Below are positions 13,458 to 27,344 of a DNA stretch of 64,000 nt, piece by piece. Every line of letters starts with the position of its first letter. Position 1 is the stretch's first letter. Under the pieces are notes generated by a model, which saw nothing but the letters and a program-made list of their open reading frames with translations, ran no database searches and was not told the DNA's origin. Source of the stretch: the human T2T-CHM13v2.0 reference genome, Homo sapiens. A program made the translations under genes and the position numbers. Location of the stretch: assembly GCF_009914755.1 (NCBI RefSeq), contig NC_060927.1. One strand, given 5' to 3'.

Positions 13458-15129
13458 GGTTCCTAACTATAAATTTGTAATAACTGTATGTGACATATTG
13501 TTGTATTTTATTACTCCTTCTGGACAATATGTTCCCTGTGGGTAAGAGCTATGACTATCCTGACGGCCTAGCACATAGGGGAAAGTCAGTAAATACGTCC
13601 TAAATATAATGAAATTGTTTATAAAAACTATCCTTTCAAAAAAAAGATCATCTTACCTCCAGTTAATTAGAAAATATATCCTGAGACATGCAGAAATTAC
13701 TGACATATTCACACTGTTGTATCAATTTTTCCTTGTAACTTAACTAGAACACAAAATGCAGAGAGCAAAACTCTAATATGCCTTATTTGGATATATGATA
13801 GCAAGATATAAACTACAAACATTCACAAACAATTTATTATCAAATTTGGTAATTTTTAACATTGTTTACTAAATCCTTATCTTCTGAATTAATGGTAACA
13901 TGGAGAGATGGATGAATAATAATGTGATAAAGTAAAATGTTTATTATAGAATCCAGGAGGGGCCCTTATAGTGACTAATATATTATTCTTTCATATTCTG
14001 CACATTTGAAAATTTTCATAATGGAATTTTGGGGAAAGAAGTTTCCTATTATCATTAAGTTGGCTATGTGCTTATGAAAATATTGAACTGGGATTGTCCT
14101 TAAATAAGAGACAGGGAGCTAGTGTGAGCCAAGCATTTTCCATGCAGAGGGCTGTAAGGCGCTAAGGACATCTCTGGTTGAACAAACTAATAGTCTGTGT
14201 TTCTATTTGTTCTGAGTTTCTATGTGTTCCTTTTGGGGTAGTAGGTGAAGAAGCATCTTGTAATAGTAACAGGTATACTATGGAAGGAAATAGCAAAAGA
14301 AGATATCTCCTGTTGAGAACAAGAATCCTAAGACTGAATAAAGATTTGTAAAGAGGCTTAAAGATAATTGGCTCTAGATCACTCATTTTAAAGGTGTAGA
14401 AATTGAAATCAGGAAGTTGAAACAACTTGTTCAAAATCATCCAGCTAGTTTGTGTCACAGATAGACTTTATTTCTCCCGGAAAAAAAAAAAAAAAAAAAA
14501 AAAAACTTCTTCCTTCTACTTCTCCCTCTACCAACACACAAACAAGTATCATAACACCACGAACTATAATAAATTCTTTTTCGGGGGCAGTAGCAGCCAT
14601 TTATGAGGTGCCAGGTGGAGTTTCCCTGCCTGAATATGTCATTCCACTGATGTATCATAATTACTTAAATTACTCGATTTTTTCTAGGAATACAAAGCCT
14701 GAAAATATTAGTTGAGTGAGTTAGTGAGTATGCAAATGATTGAATAAATAGTTGGTTATTTATTAAGCCATTATCACTCTGGGCAGAATTGGTTATTAGC
14801 TTAACTAATGAGTCACACGGAAACGAAGAAATGGGCCCAGGACAGGCAACTTTTGATAAGGAAGAGGAAAAGAAAGTAAAATTTGGTGAAAGCTGGGAGT
14901 GATGCCTGGATGGAGGCAGGCAATGGAAGTCTTTGAGAAGTGTGGATGGCAGTGGCAAGGACGATGGCCAAGATGGGAGAAAGGCCAATGGGGCCAGAGG
15001 CTAGTAAACGGAGAAGGAGATTATCTTTTTATTTTCCAGATGTCTCACTGTGTCTTAGAATCCGCTGTTATGCTGAGAGAGCACAGGGAAATGGTAAGCC
15101 TCTTTGGGGAACTTGTAGTGGGGGAATGC

Positions 15130-15228
15130 CTGACCTTTTCAGAAGCGGAATTTGGCATGGAGCCCAGCTCTAGAATAGGTTGCTTTCCTTCACTTACTCC
15201 ACTCTTAACAGCCAACTGGTTTGTTTTG
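15130..15228 (+). repeat. left arm of 99-bp inverted repeat
   Basis: 96/99 identical to the reverse complement of 16353-16451 (manual alignment). Confidence 0.97.
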
Positions 15229-16352
15229 CTTGCTTCTTTGTTTTCGTGTTTGCCATTGCCTTAAAGGAACAGTCTTCAAATTTCTTTTCAGTTGTGAAGC
15301 CCTTTCTTCACATGGCATCTTGCTTGTAAGTTCTGCATGTAAAAGATACAATTGGGTGGCTCCACTTGGGGTGGAAGAAGCTGGTGTGGGAGGACCTAGG
15401 GCCAAGTCCCCCACCCCAAGCACACCCAGTCTTGAGGAACCCTGAGGAAACCAGGGACTCCATGGTTAGGAAAGGACTGTCTTAGAAAAATAGGCAACAC
15501 ATCGTAGTCATCTGAGGCCAGAAGAGAAGTAATTAGAATGTTATTTCTTTAAGTACCTTGAGCTTTCTAAGTATGAAAACGTTGTCTGCTGGGACTCTTT
15601 CTTATTGTTTCAGAACAGGTGGGATGTGACTGATAAGCTTGAGTAGTTTTTATTTCCCACCAAAAAAATGAGGCCAATGAGGCCAAAATGATATTGAAAA
15701 TATATATTCAAATAGGTTGCAATGTCTGCTCTGATGTGGCATAAGTATTCCCTAAATCGCGGAGGTGAAAAATGCATCTTTTATACGCCTCTCAGATTAA
15801 TGACCTCAGAGCCTCATTTCTGTCTTTTCAGAGGTAGCTATTATTGTTATTATTTTCTATTTATTAGTTAAGTTAGAAGTTTCAAACCATGTGATATCAC
15901 ATTAGTGCACTCCTCAATCCTATGTCTTTGCAGTTCCCATCTTATCCCTTTTTTGAACATGTATTAGTAAATATCCTACTTCATTTGGCATGAATGGGTG
16001 TGGGACATTCCTTCCCTCTTCTGTTACACTTCAGTTCCTTCCTGCAACTTGAAGAAAACATTTATGGACTACAAGATTAAACACTGACTATATTTCCTTT
16101 ATAGCCATCCTTCAAAAATCATTTACTCAAAGAAACAGAAAGTTCTTTCTTTTACTTTCTTTGTTTTTATGACTGATAGATTCTTGGTGGGGTAAATCAA
16201 TTGCTAATTTTATTTTTTATTGTTGAATTATTGCTGAGATGTCTGCTGCATGCTTGGTGTTGCCAAATTGTTCACCTCACTCTTGAAGCTGCACCAGATT
16301 CTTCATGTGAGACACTTGCAGCATTCTCATGTCATGGTGGCTGATTCCCCAC

Positions 16353-16451
16353 CAAAACAAACCAGTTGGCTGTTAAGAGTGGAGTAAGTGAAGGAAAGAA
16401 ACCTATTCTAGAGCTGGGCTCCATGCCAAATTCTGCTTCTGGAAAGGTCAG
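16353..16451 (-). repeat. right arm of 99-bp inverted repeat, embedded in MLT1-like LTR remnant (~16240-16515)
   Basis: Reverse complement of 15130-15228; flanks tcatgtcatggtggctgattcccc and gagagagagagaaccaggtggaagc resemble adjacent parts of an MLT1 LTR. Confidence 0.95.
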
Positions 16452-17445
16452 AAAAGGGGTGGGAGGGAGAGAGGGAGGGAAAGAGAGAGAGAGAGAGAAC
16501 CAGGTGGAAGCTGGTTCTGGGTTGCCTGTACACCAAGAAAAACGATGTTATAAAAGTTTCTTATATCCTGAGAGGTTAACAGTGTCAGTTCAGAAAGTAT
16601 TTTTAGAAGATTTTATTCATCTCTGAAGTAAGAACAGTTTTATTGGTAATAGAATTCATTTCTAGAGTTTGTAACAGAAAAATGTTACCACTAATTGAAA
16701 TACAGTTGGAAGAGGAACCAATTAAATGAGCAGTTACACCGTTTGCTTAGAGAAAGTATTGAAGAATAGAAATCCATAGTTGTGTAAGATGGAAAATCTA
16801 ACTGTGCTTGAGATATTAGATTGAAAAGCAATACAGGAGGTCTTCAATCTTGTGAACACTGTTGTTAGTACTGTGCTGTGCTCGTCAAAGAATATGCAAC
16901 GTGACAGGGAATTGTATTTGATAGATATTTAATACGTTTAATTTTGTTTTTTTTTCAAATTTGCTGTTGCCATATGTTGTGGACTTTTATTGTTTTGAGA
17001 ATCTTAATATCCAAATCATTTGTATTACACAAATATAAATAATAAAACCTTTAAATCCTTTTAGGAATTATTAATAATTTCCATTATGTATAGTTTTAGT
17101 AGAAATTTAAGCCAAGATTTCTAGCCTCCCTCACCAAAGGGTAGATCCATGAACAAAATATGACAGTTTGGCTTTCCTTTGACTTTGAACTTTCACCAGG
17201 ATGATACAAAACCAGAATAAAACATCTGGAGTTGATCCATTCCAGTAGAAGCCCTAGGAAGGATGTTGTAGTGGTTTCAGTATGTCTGCAAATCCTTTGA
17301 CACCCCTCCCTTCAAAAGATGGAAACTCATTCCTTTTTCTTTGATTTTGGCAGACTTAGTGACTTGCTTCTAATGAATAGAGTGTGTAATTTCTGTGTAA
17401 CTCTCAAATCTAGGTCATAAAAAGGATACAACTTTACCTGATTTG

Positions 17446-17454
17446 TTTTCTTTT

Positions 17455-17507
<53 letters not shown>

Positions 17508-17667
17508 TTTCCTTCTCTTTCTTTCTTCTTTCCTTCTCTTTCTTTTTCTTTCTTTCCTTCCTTCCTTCTCTCTCTCCCTTCCTTCCTTCCTTCCTTCCCT
17601 TCTTTCTTTCTTCCTTCCTTCCCTTCTTTCTTTCTTTCTCTTTCTTTCTTTCTTTCTTTCTTTCTTT

Positions 17668-17726
<59 letters not shown>

Positions 17727-17782
17727 CTTTCTTTCTCTCTCTTTCCTTCCTTTCTTTCTTTCCTTCCTTCCTTCTTTCTCTC
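17446..17782 (+). repeat. (TTTC)n/(CCTT)n pure polypyrimidine tract, 337 bp
   Basis: No purine on the + strand from 17446 to 17782. Confidence 0.97.
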
Positions 17783-17907
17783 ATCTCTTTTTCTTTCTCA
17801 TCTCTGTTTCTAAAAGGAATCAGCACTGTGCTGTTCGGACACTCAAACTGACCTAGAGGACTTGAATGTGAAGAAAAACTGACGCTCTTGCTAAAGTCCA
17901 GCACTAG

Positions 17908-18294
<387 letters not shown>

Positions 18295-20418
18295 TGTGGC
18301 CAACATCTTGGTGGTAACTTCATGAGACACCCTGAGACAAAAACAGCCAAGATGCTCCCAAATTATTAACCATTGAAACTGTGAGAGATAATGGTGCTTA
18401 TTGTCATTTTAAGCTACTAAGTCTGGGGAGTAATCTGTTAAATTGCAATAGATAACTAATAAAGTTGTGGACTCACCCCTGCTACCAGGACTTTTGGGAG
18501 CTTCTTGGTTTCTTTTTGTTTCTTCAGTATCTGTCACTCTTCCGTTTGGCTCTGTAAGCTTCTCTCCCTCCAACTCCATTCTGCCAAAGTCAGTTTCAAG
18601 TGCTTGCTATTAAAGAAGATAATTTTAAAACAGTAGAGATTATTAACTGAAACCAAACTAAGGGAAATAATGTATTTTTTGTTTCCTTGCTTGGTTGGTC
18701 TGGTCTTGAGAAATTTCAATTCAATGTCTTGGTCTACTGTGGATTTTATTTTAGTTGTTTAAATTGTAGTGTTATGTATCCACACGGTTCACACATAGGG
18801 AGCTGGAAGATTGCACTTCCTCTATCGGCATTGCACAAGTCAAGTGTGATTTACCACTGATACATATGTCTCTTGATGAATATTCTGAGGTTATGCAGCC
18901 ACTCTTTATCACATATCATTTATAAAGAATGATGTGATAATCAGCTATAAAGAATGCAACAGTAAGCTTGTAAAAGGAAACTAAATGCCTGGTAATTAAG
19001 AAATATATACGTTATAGATTTAATTGTTGAATAGTTATGTTGATTTATCCCACACAAGTGGATCTTTCAGATTTATAACTTGGTGTGCCCTGAACTTTAG
19101 CATGTTACTCTCATGAGTCTGTGATGCTATTTTATTCTTCTTTACCTATTTGTATAAACTGGTAAAAAAATTCAAGGACAAAAAAACTCTACATACAATG
19201 AAAACACATGCCCATTATTTTAAATGGAATGATTTTGTTTAGTATGTTAAAAATAGCAATATAAAAGAAAAGCTTTAACTAAGCTTGTCTATTACAATCA
19301 AATTTGTTTAGTGTGTTAATAATTTTAAACCGTTAATGAAACAATCAGATGTCTACTTTTAAGAAAAATTTACAAATGATTTTTTTTTTTAAATATGCTT
19401 CCATATGAGTTAGGAGACAGAAATGAACTTGACTATTCCCTTCATTCTAAAATTAGGAAATAATTGGGATTTATATCAATGGTGATGCCTTTCAATGTCC
19501 AAGCTGGTAGAATGAAGGCACAATGGAAGTTAGAAGTCAAAATAAATGGACAGTATGCTATTTTAGCCATTTTAAGTACATCTGGCAATACAATAATTTA
19601 TTGGTCATTTTGATAGACTAGTGAGACAATTGGTAAATTGATAGAAGATTGATTTATCAATTTCTAAATCTCAATTTTAAATTACAGTATATATAAAAAC
19701 TATTTTAAGAAATGTTCTAAAATATATACCCTTTTTTAATACTTTTAAAATCTCAAAATAGAATAACTTAAAGGTCATTGTCCTGATTCTAACATAGATT
19801 CCAAGATAATTATTTAACAGACTCTAAGTATCAGTTGAAATTTTATGTATGTAAGGGAAATGTTTCACATCAGTGATTTTTCTAGTGCTTATCTGGACAC
19901 TGAAGGGAAGTTCACCAGAGATGATCTACATAGGAAATCCTCTGCAGAACCCCCACCTTAATGTTGACAAAGCTACATTACTTATTATATCTGTTTTTCT
20001 ATCTTGGTCTTCTATAAAGGACTTCAATTTAAAAAAAAAGTGCTTTGGGAAAAAGAAAACACTGAAAAACCACTGATACTGATGGTCTTAAGAATATGTG
20101 TGCACGTCGTAAAAACAAATAAAAATCCCAACTTCCATTTATTTTATAAGTCAGATGTAGCTGGACAACAGACCTACTAATAGTCTTCTTTAAAAACGTT
20201 TACACTTTATATGATTTTGAATATCTCAAACTGAATTTGGCTGAATTCGACAACTTAGCATTTTCAGGCAAGCTAAAGCTAACCTATCTTGAAATACATA
20301 CTTTTCAACATATTAAACAAAAACATATATATTTTTTAACAGTATTCAAAGATTTAAGATTGCCTATTTAATCTTACCTCTTAGATTTTGGTACTTTGAT
20401 GCTTGTATGGTTTTCTTC

Positions 20419-21016
20419 TGTTGGGAGTCAGAACAAAATACCCCAAACTATGTTAACTTAAGATGCTGAGTACTTTGAACTGAAGGAGATTGGAAGGGCT
20501 GCAGAAGCAAGGACTCTGACCTTCTTCCATCCTCTTCTCTCCATCTGCTCCATTATCCCCTAAGTGAGTCATAGAAACTAGAATTTCTCTCCCCCAGAGC
20601 AAGGCATACAACCTAGGAAGGTCTCTGATTTTCTCCCTTCCTCCTGAAAGTCCTCAATGGAACAAGTAACCTGCTCCATATTGGGGGGTTAGGGACATGG
20701 ATATCTTACAGAGAGAGAGAAAAAAATCAGAACAAACAGGCCTTCCTGGGTTCCCCACTCAGTTTATTACCATTCAGTTATACTCTTTTTGTTTAATCAT
20801 GTTTCTCCATAACTATCTACCTGTCTTATCAAACTTAGCATTAAAACAGTTTTCTCTGGGTCTCTGGGCCTTCACTTCTGAAGGCTCCCATGTCTCATAA
20901 AACCTTGCTAAATGAATTTGTTATGCTTTTCTCTTGCTGACCTGTCTTTTGTTATAGTATTGACCATTACCCTTGTGGTAGGTGGGGAAGATATATTGCT
21001 TTTTTCTCCTCTCTAC
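20419..21016 (+). mobile_element. ERV1 solo LTR, MER39/MER34-group
   Basis: tgttgggagtcagaacaaaataccccaaa...atgctgagtactttgaactgaagg...gaaggctcccatgtc...aatttgttatgcttttctcttg...gtcttttgttatag. Confidence 0.7.
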
Positions 21017-21039
21017 TTTCATGTAGTTAAAAGTAAATG

Positions 21040-23135
21040 AGAAATAGGTACTTTAGCTATACTTCCTTGCAATATGTTTCAGTGATTGTTCTAGAGATTA
21101 TAATATATGTCCTTCTTAACAGTCTACATAATATTGTACCACTTCATGTAAAATGTGAAAACCTTGCAACATTATAGTTTCATTCATCCCTTTTCTTTGT
21201 GATATTGTGTGTTCTGCATGTATGTATTGCATGTACATGCATTAAAAGGTCTAAAATTCTGTTTTAATTTTTACTTTAAAGAATAATATTTTTAAAGAAA
21301 TAAAAGAAGAAAAATGTATAGTCTTTTATATTTTGCCCAAATATTTAACATTTCTGTGCTCTCTTTTCTTCCTGTCAATCTGAATTTCCATCGCTATAAT
21401 TTTCTTTTGACATGAAAGGTTTATTTTGCCATTTTTGCAATACAGGTCTGTTTCTGATTAATTCCTTCTGTTTTCATTTATCTGAAAATATCTTTGGTTC
21501 ACCTTCATTTTTGAAGACTATTTCACCTGGATATAGAATTTTTAATTCACAGGGTTTTTTTTTTCTTTCAATACTTAAAGATGTCATTGCATTTACTTTT
21601 TTTACTGTATTGTTTCTCACAAGAAATAAACTGTCATAATGTGACATGATTATGTTCCCATGAACATAATGTGCCATGATTTTTTATTTGCTCTAAAGAC
21701 TTCCTCTTTATCTTTGGTTTTTGTCCGTTTGTTTATAATGTGTCTGGACATGGTTTTCTTTGCATTTATCCTATTTGGTGTTCTCGTAGCTTTTTTGGCT
21801 CTTTAAGTTGATGTTTCTAACCAAATTCAGAAAATACTGGCTATCATTCTTTAAATAGTTTACTGCTTTATTCATATTCTGTCTCTTCTTTCCCCCCACC
21901 CCTTTTCTCCTCTTCTTGTAAGACTTCAATTATGTTTGTGTTATAATTTTTGGTATTGTCCCACAGGTTCAGCACTGTTCAACTTTTTACCTTATTTTTT
22001 CTCTATTCTTCAAATTACATAATTACATATTGCTTTGTTATTGAACTCAATTACTTTTTAAATGTTGTCAATCTATGATTAACGCTATCAAGTAAATTTT
22101 TATCAAATATAATACTTTTCAATTCTATAATTTCCATTTCTTTCACATGATAGTTTTCATACCTATTCTGAGAAACCCCATCTGTTCATTCATCATGATC
22201 ATATTATCCTTTAAAATGTTTATAAAACCTGCTTAAAATCTTTGTCTGCGAATTCCAACATCTGTATATTTAGTACTGATTTATATAGATTGTGTTTTCT
22301 TTCAACTATGAGTCACCTTTTTTCATTTCTTTTTAATATGTCTAGTAATTTTTTGTTATATGCTGGGCATTATAAGTCTTAAATTATAGGGCATCTAGAG
22401 TCGTGTTGTCTTCCTTAAACAATTGCCTTTTTAAGTGTGACAGCTAAATCACTGGTGGATGCTTTTGATTTTGTCTTATGTAGATTTATTCTTTTTAATG
22501 GCTTTATTTATATTTAGTTTTTAGTTATTAAGTTCAGCCTAAGGCAGTCCCTTGCCTAGGGCATGGTCCTTACTCTTTAGATATGATTTATCTGAATCTC
22601 AACTGAATGACAATTGAGATCTCATCACATTGGCTGGCTGCAATTCCAGTGAATTCCGGCAGTATATGTACTGTAGTATTACTACTCAGTTCTCAGCCCT
22701 GAAAAAAAAAATCTTAGCTAGGTTTTGTGAAGCCTCACTTTGCACATACATAGCCCAGTCCTTGGCCAAGGACTCCAATTAATCCCCACACACACTGCTG
22801 GGGCCCCTTTTAGCATAGCTTGATCTTCTTAGTTAACATGCCTTGCAAATTTCAGATGTTTTCACATCCTGGATCACCAATCTCTCCCTTTTCAAATCAC
22901 TGAGACCATTAATCCTGTAAGTTCCATTTTCCTGCCATTGAGAAAGCTGAAGTGTCATTGGAGTGATCACAGGGCTCACTTCTTGTGTTCCTCTTCTTTC
23001 AAGGTCTATAATTTTGTCCAGCCTATTGATTAATTCCTGCAAATGATGGCTTCATATATTTATTACCATTTTATAATTCCTTTAGGTCAGAGGTCCTCAT
23101 CTGGTTACTCTGTCATAGTTAAAATATGAAGTCAT
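21040..23135 (-). mobile_element. old L1M fragment incl. ORF1 remnant
   Basis: Minus ORF 21474-21677 ends ...CELKILYPGEIVFKNEGEPKIFSDK, matching L1 ORF1p C-terminus (RILYPAKLSFKNEGEIKTFSDK). Confidence 0.8.
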
Positions 23136-24259
23136 TTTCAAATAGATATTTTAAACCAGCTTTCTGTAACATTTCTGTACTTCTCTAACAGTAAAATCAG
23201 ATAGCATGCTAACATTTTTTAATAACCCTGTTGGAAACAAGCAAAAACCTAATAACAAGGAAAAACCTAATAACCCCCAATAAACACACACGTCATATGT
23301 ATTTCAAAAAAGAGACGTTTCTTATTTTTTCTTTCTGGGTATAACACATATTAACTCTCTTTTGATAAAAACAGATTAATATACTTGTGCTTCACAATTT
23401 GATTAATGCTAATATTTTATATTTATACACATACAAAAATAGAAATATGTCATGGGGAGTCTATATACTTATATTTATGTGCTATGTTATACATTATGTT
23501 GTAAAATATGTATTTCTTTAGAGAAGAAGAGGAACTCAATTATTCTGATATTTTAGCAAATCACTTCTGTATAGAGTTTAAAAATTATGTGTAATTCAGA
23601 TAGAGACCATTGTTTCTTAAAGACAAGCTTCAACTTACCAATCAATTTCCACCAGGACCTTTGCTTTCAGTAGACAAAAACTCAATAAATGACTTTGCCA
23701 TTAATATTTCTGTTTATATAATAGAATAGCAATCTACTGAAAATTTACAACTATACTAAAAATCCAGAATGTGGCATCTCGGGTATTATAACTAAAATTT
23801 AAATAAGAATATCACTTGAAGGGGTTTTAAAAGTATTTACAACATATTTTATAGATTGTTGCTAAGAGGTTTACACAATTCATCTTACAGGTGTAGACAC
23901 ATTAATGAATGTGAGGGTATTAATTTTCCTCTAGCATTTAAAATTTATTATTAGCTTGGTTTGGCAGTGAGAAGTTAAAAGGGCTTCAAGGTCCACATGA
24001 AATGGTTTTTAAGTGCATTGGGAATGATGAGTTACATTAATTTTAGATTCACCAAGTTCTTTTACAGGCTCTGTGTTGTCAATGTTAAAGTTTTTAAATC
24101 AGAATTTCCTTTGATGAATGCCTCACTGAAACACAAAAAAAGCTAAAACAGGTATTTAACAAACAAGAAAATATATTAGGCCAGTAAACTTCTGATATTT
24201 TAGCAAATCAAAAGTGCAATATTTTAAACATTCCCATCAATAATTAGGTATGTGCAAAA

Positions 24260-25025
24260 TAAAACCATAATGAGGTATTACCTGCCCAACAGATAGACAA
24301 AAAATTTTTTAAAGTTTAACAATACCAAATGTTGGCTGGGGCGTGAAGCAACAAAAAACTTTAATAAACTACTTCAGTGAGTGTAAATTGGTGCAATCAC
24401 TTTGGAAAACAATCGGGCATTTTTTAGTAAAATTGACTGTATACTTACCCTACAACCTTGCAAATCTACTCAAAATATACACTCTCAGATGGTGGTGGGT
24501 ACTAACATCATGATACGTAAACAAGCTCAGTGATAGCAGCATTGTTTGCAATAGACAAAAACTGGGAACAATTCAGTATCTATCCACAGCATAATGAATA
24601 TGGAAATTGTGTTATATTCATATATTGAAATAATATATTACAACAAAATTAAGTGCAACTACTCAAAAGAACATGGATTAATTTCTCAAACATAACATGG
24701 AGTGAGAGAAGGGAAACAGTCTTAAAATAATACATACTGTGTTATTCATATAAAACTCCAAAGAGTCAAACCAAACTATATTGTTTAGGAATACATCAGT
24801 GGAAAACTTAGAGAAAAAAAAAATACTGTACTGTAGAGTATTTTAGAAGTCAGGAGAGTGATTACTACCAAGGAAGAGGACAGAGAATTGAAGAATGGTA
24901 TGCTGAGGCTTCTGGGTGGCTGGCTGATATTTCCAGTGGTGTTTCTTAATAACAACTCATTATACTCTACATTCATGTGTTGTATCAATTTCTGTAAATA
25001 TGTTATCTTTCATAATAAAATGTTT
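24260..25025 (+). mobile_element. L1ME/MB 3' region
   Basis: aaaaccataatgaggtatta...aacaataccaaatgttggc...gtgtaaattggtgcaatcactttggaaaac...catggattaatttctcaaacataa. Confidence 0.8.
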
Positions 25026-25109
25026 TAAATATATCTATGAGTCAATATAAATTATGAGAAATAAAGAAAAAGAGAAAATGGATAAAAGAATGTTAAAAAT
25101 ATTTTATGA

Positions 25110-25620
25110 TACTTTTGTCTATAAGTAGAATACACTCAACTCAGAATAATTGTAACAATGATATATTATTTTATAAAGCAAGAAATCTGGAAATATGATG
25201 GCTCCAAGTTAGATTAATATAGAAGCCCAGCGATGTCATCAAGGACATAGTTTTTCTTCCTCTTTCTACTCTATATTTTTCATCATATTACATTATCTTA
25301 TTGTTACAGGATGGTTGTCACAAATGCAGAGCAGTGTATCCCTCTTTTTTTTAAGGAAAAGGACCATTTCCCTCTGTTCGTGCACACTCACTCACACACA
25401 GACACACACGTTTCCCTTGACTCCTTGACTGAACTTGCATCCCATGTTCCTGCCCCAATGCAGAAAAGGGGCCACCATGACTGACTTAGAACAATAACGT
25501 TTTACCCAGTGTAGGGCTTGGCCTCCTGCCGCATCTGAAGCACAGTTTTGAGGAGTGCAGATAATGAAACAAAATCAAGGATCAGTTAGACAGCATGAAG
25601 GCATACAAATGTTGTCTGTT
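25110..25620 (-). mobile_element. degenerate MLT1-type LTR
   Basis: aagaaatctgga...gatgtcatcaaggac...ctctttctactct pattern of old MLT1 antisense. Confidence 0.45.
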
Positions 25621-26151
25621 ACAAATTTTAAAATACAGACAATTTCTCTAAAATACTTGAGCCTTCAGTTCAATTCATGATTAGAGTATTAATTAGTATT
25701 ACCAAAAATGGCCCATACCCAAGCATTTCCTAATGTACCTTATTAATTTAAAAAAGTAAATTAGCATCATATAAATGCTGTATTACCCAAAGAAGAAACA
25801 GAACCAGATTATATCAAAATCTAAATGCTCCAAAAGAAGGAAGAATCTCTATAGAATTTCAAGAGAAAATACTTTTTATGTCTAATTATATGTATTCCTG
25901 GTTAGGTCATTTTTTTATGGTCAGTGCTAACAAAAAGATAGTGTCAGGTATGCATAGACTAACAAATAATACCACCCCAAGAATTTTAATGAAAAATAAA
26001 TTGCTTGAAAGGGTTTTCCTGGTTTTAAGTCATGAAGGAAAAAAAAAAAAAATCAAACAAAAACCTAACTGTCATAGTATTCAAAATGGTATTGAGTTGT
26101 GACACCCTAAAATTTAGACTCAGTTCTTCCCTAACAGGGTTATTGAGTATC

Positions 26152-26448
26152 TTTTTTATTTTTTTTAAATACAGGGTCTCACTCAATCACCCAGGCTAGA
26201 GAGCAGTGGCCTAATCATAGCTCACTACAACCTTGAAACCTCGAATTCCTGCACTCAAGTAATCCTCCCATTTCAACCTCCTGAGTAGTCAGTGCTGCAG
26301 ATGTGTGCCCTACACCTGGCTAATTTTTTAATTTTTTTTTTTTGTGGAGACAGGGTATCACTATATTGCCCAGGCTGGTCTTGAACTCCTGGCCTCAAGT
26401 CATCCTCCCACCTCAGCCTTTCAAAGTGTTGGGATTACAGGCTCTGGC
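26152..26448 (-). mobile_element. AluJ
   Basis: acagggtctcactc...atcatagctcactacaacc...tcttgaactcctggcctcaagtcatcc. Confidence 0.9.
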
Positions 26449-26539
26449 TACTTTTGTGAGTATTAAAGGAGGAAAAATACATATAAAATATATAGCTCAT
26501 TTACAGGAGGAGGGGAGCAACTTCATAAATATTAGTTAT

Positions 26540-27344
<805 letters not shown>

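Noticed and set aside
14481-14505. Orphan A25 tract (similar one at 44904-44928) as a truncated retro-insertion
   Set aside because: No TSD or upstream Alu/L1 remnant found; treated as a simple mononucleotide repeat.
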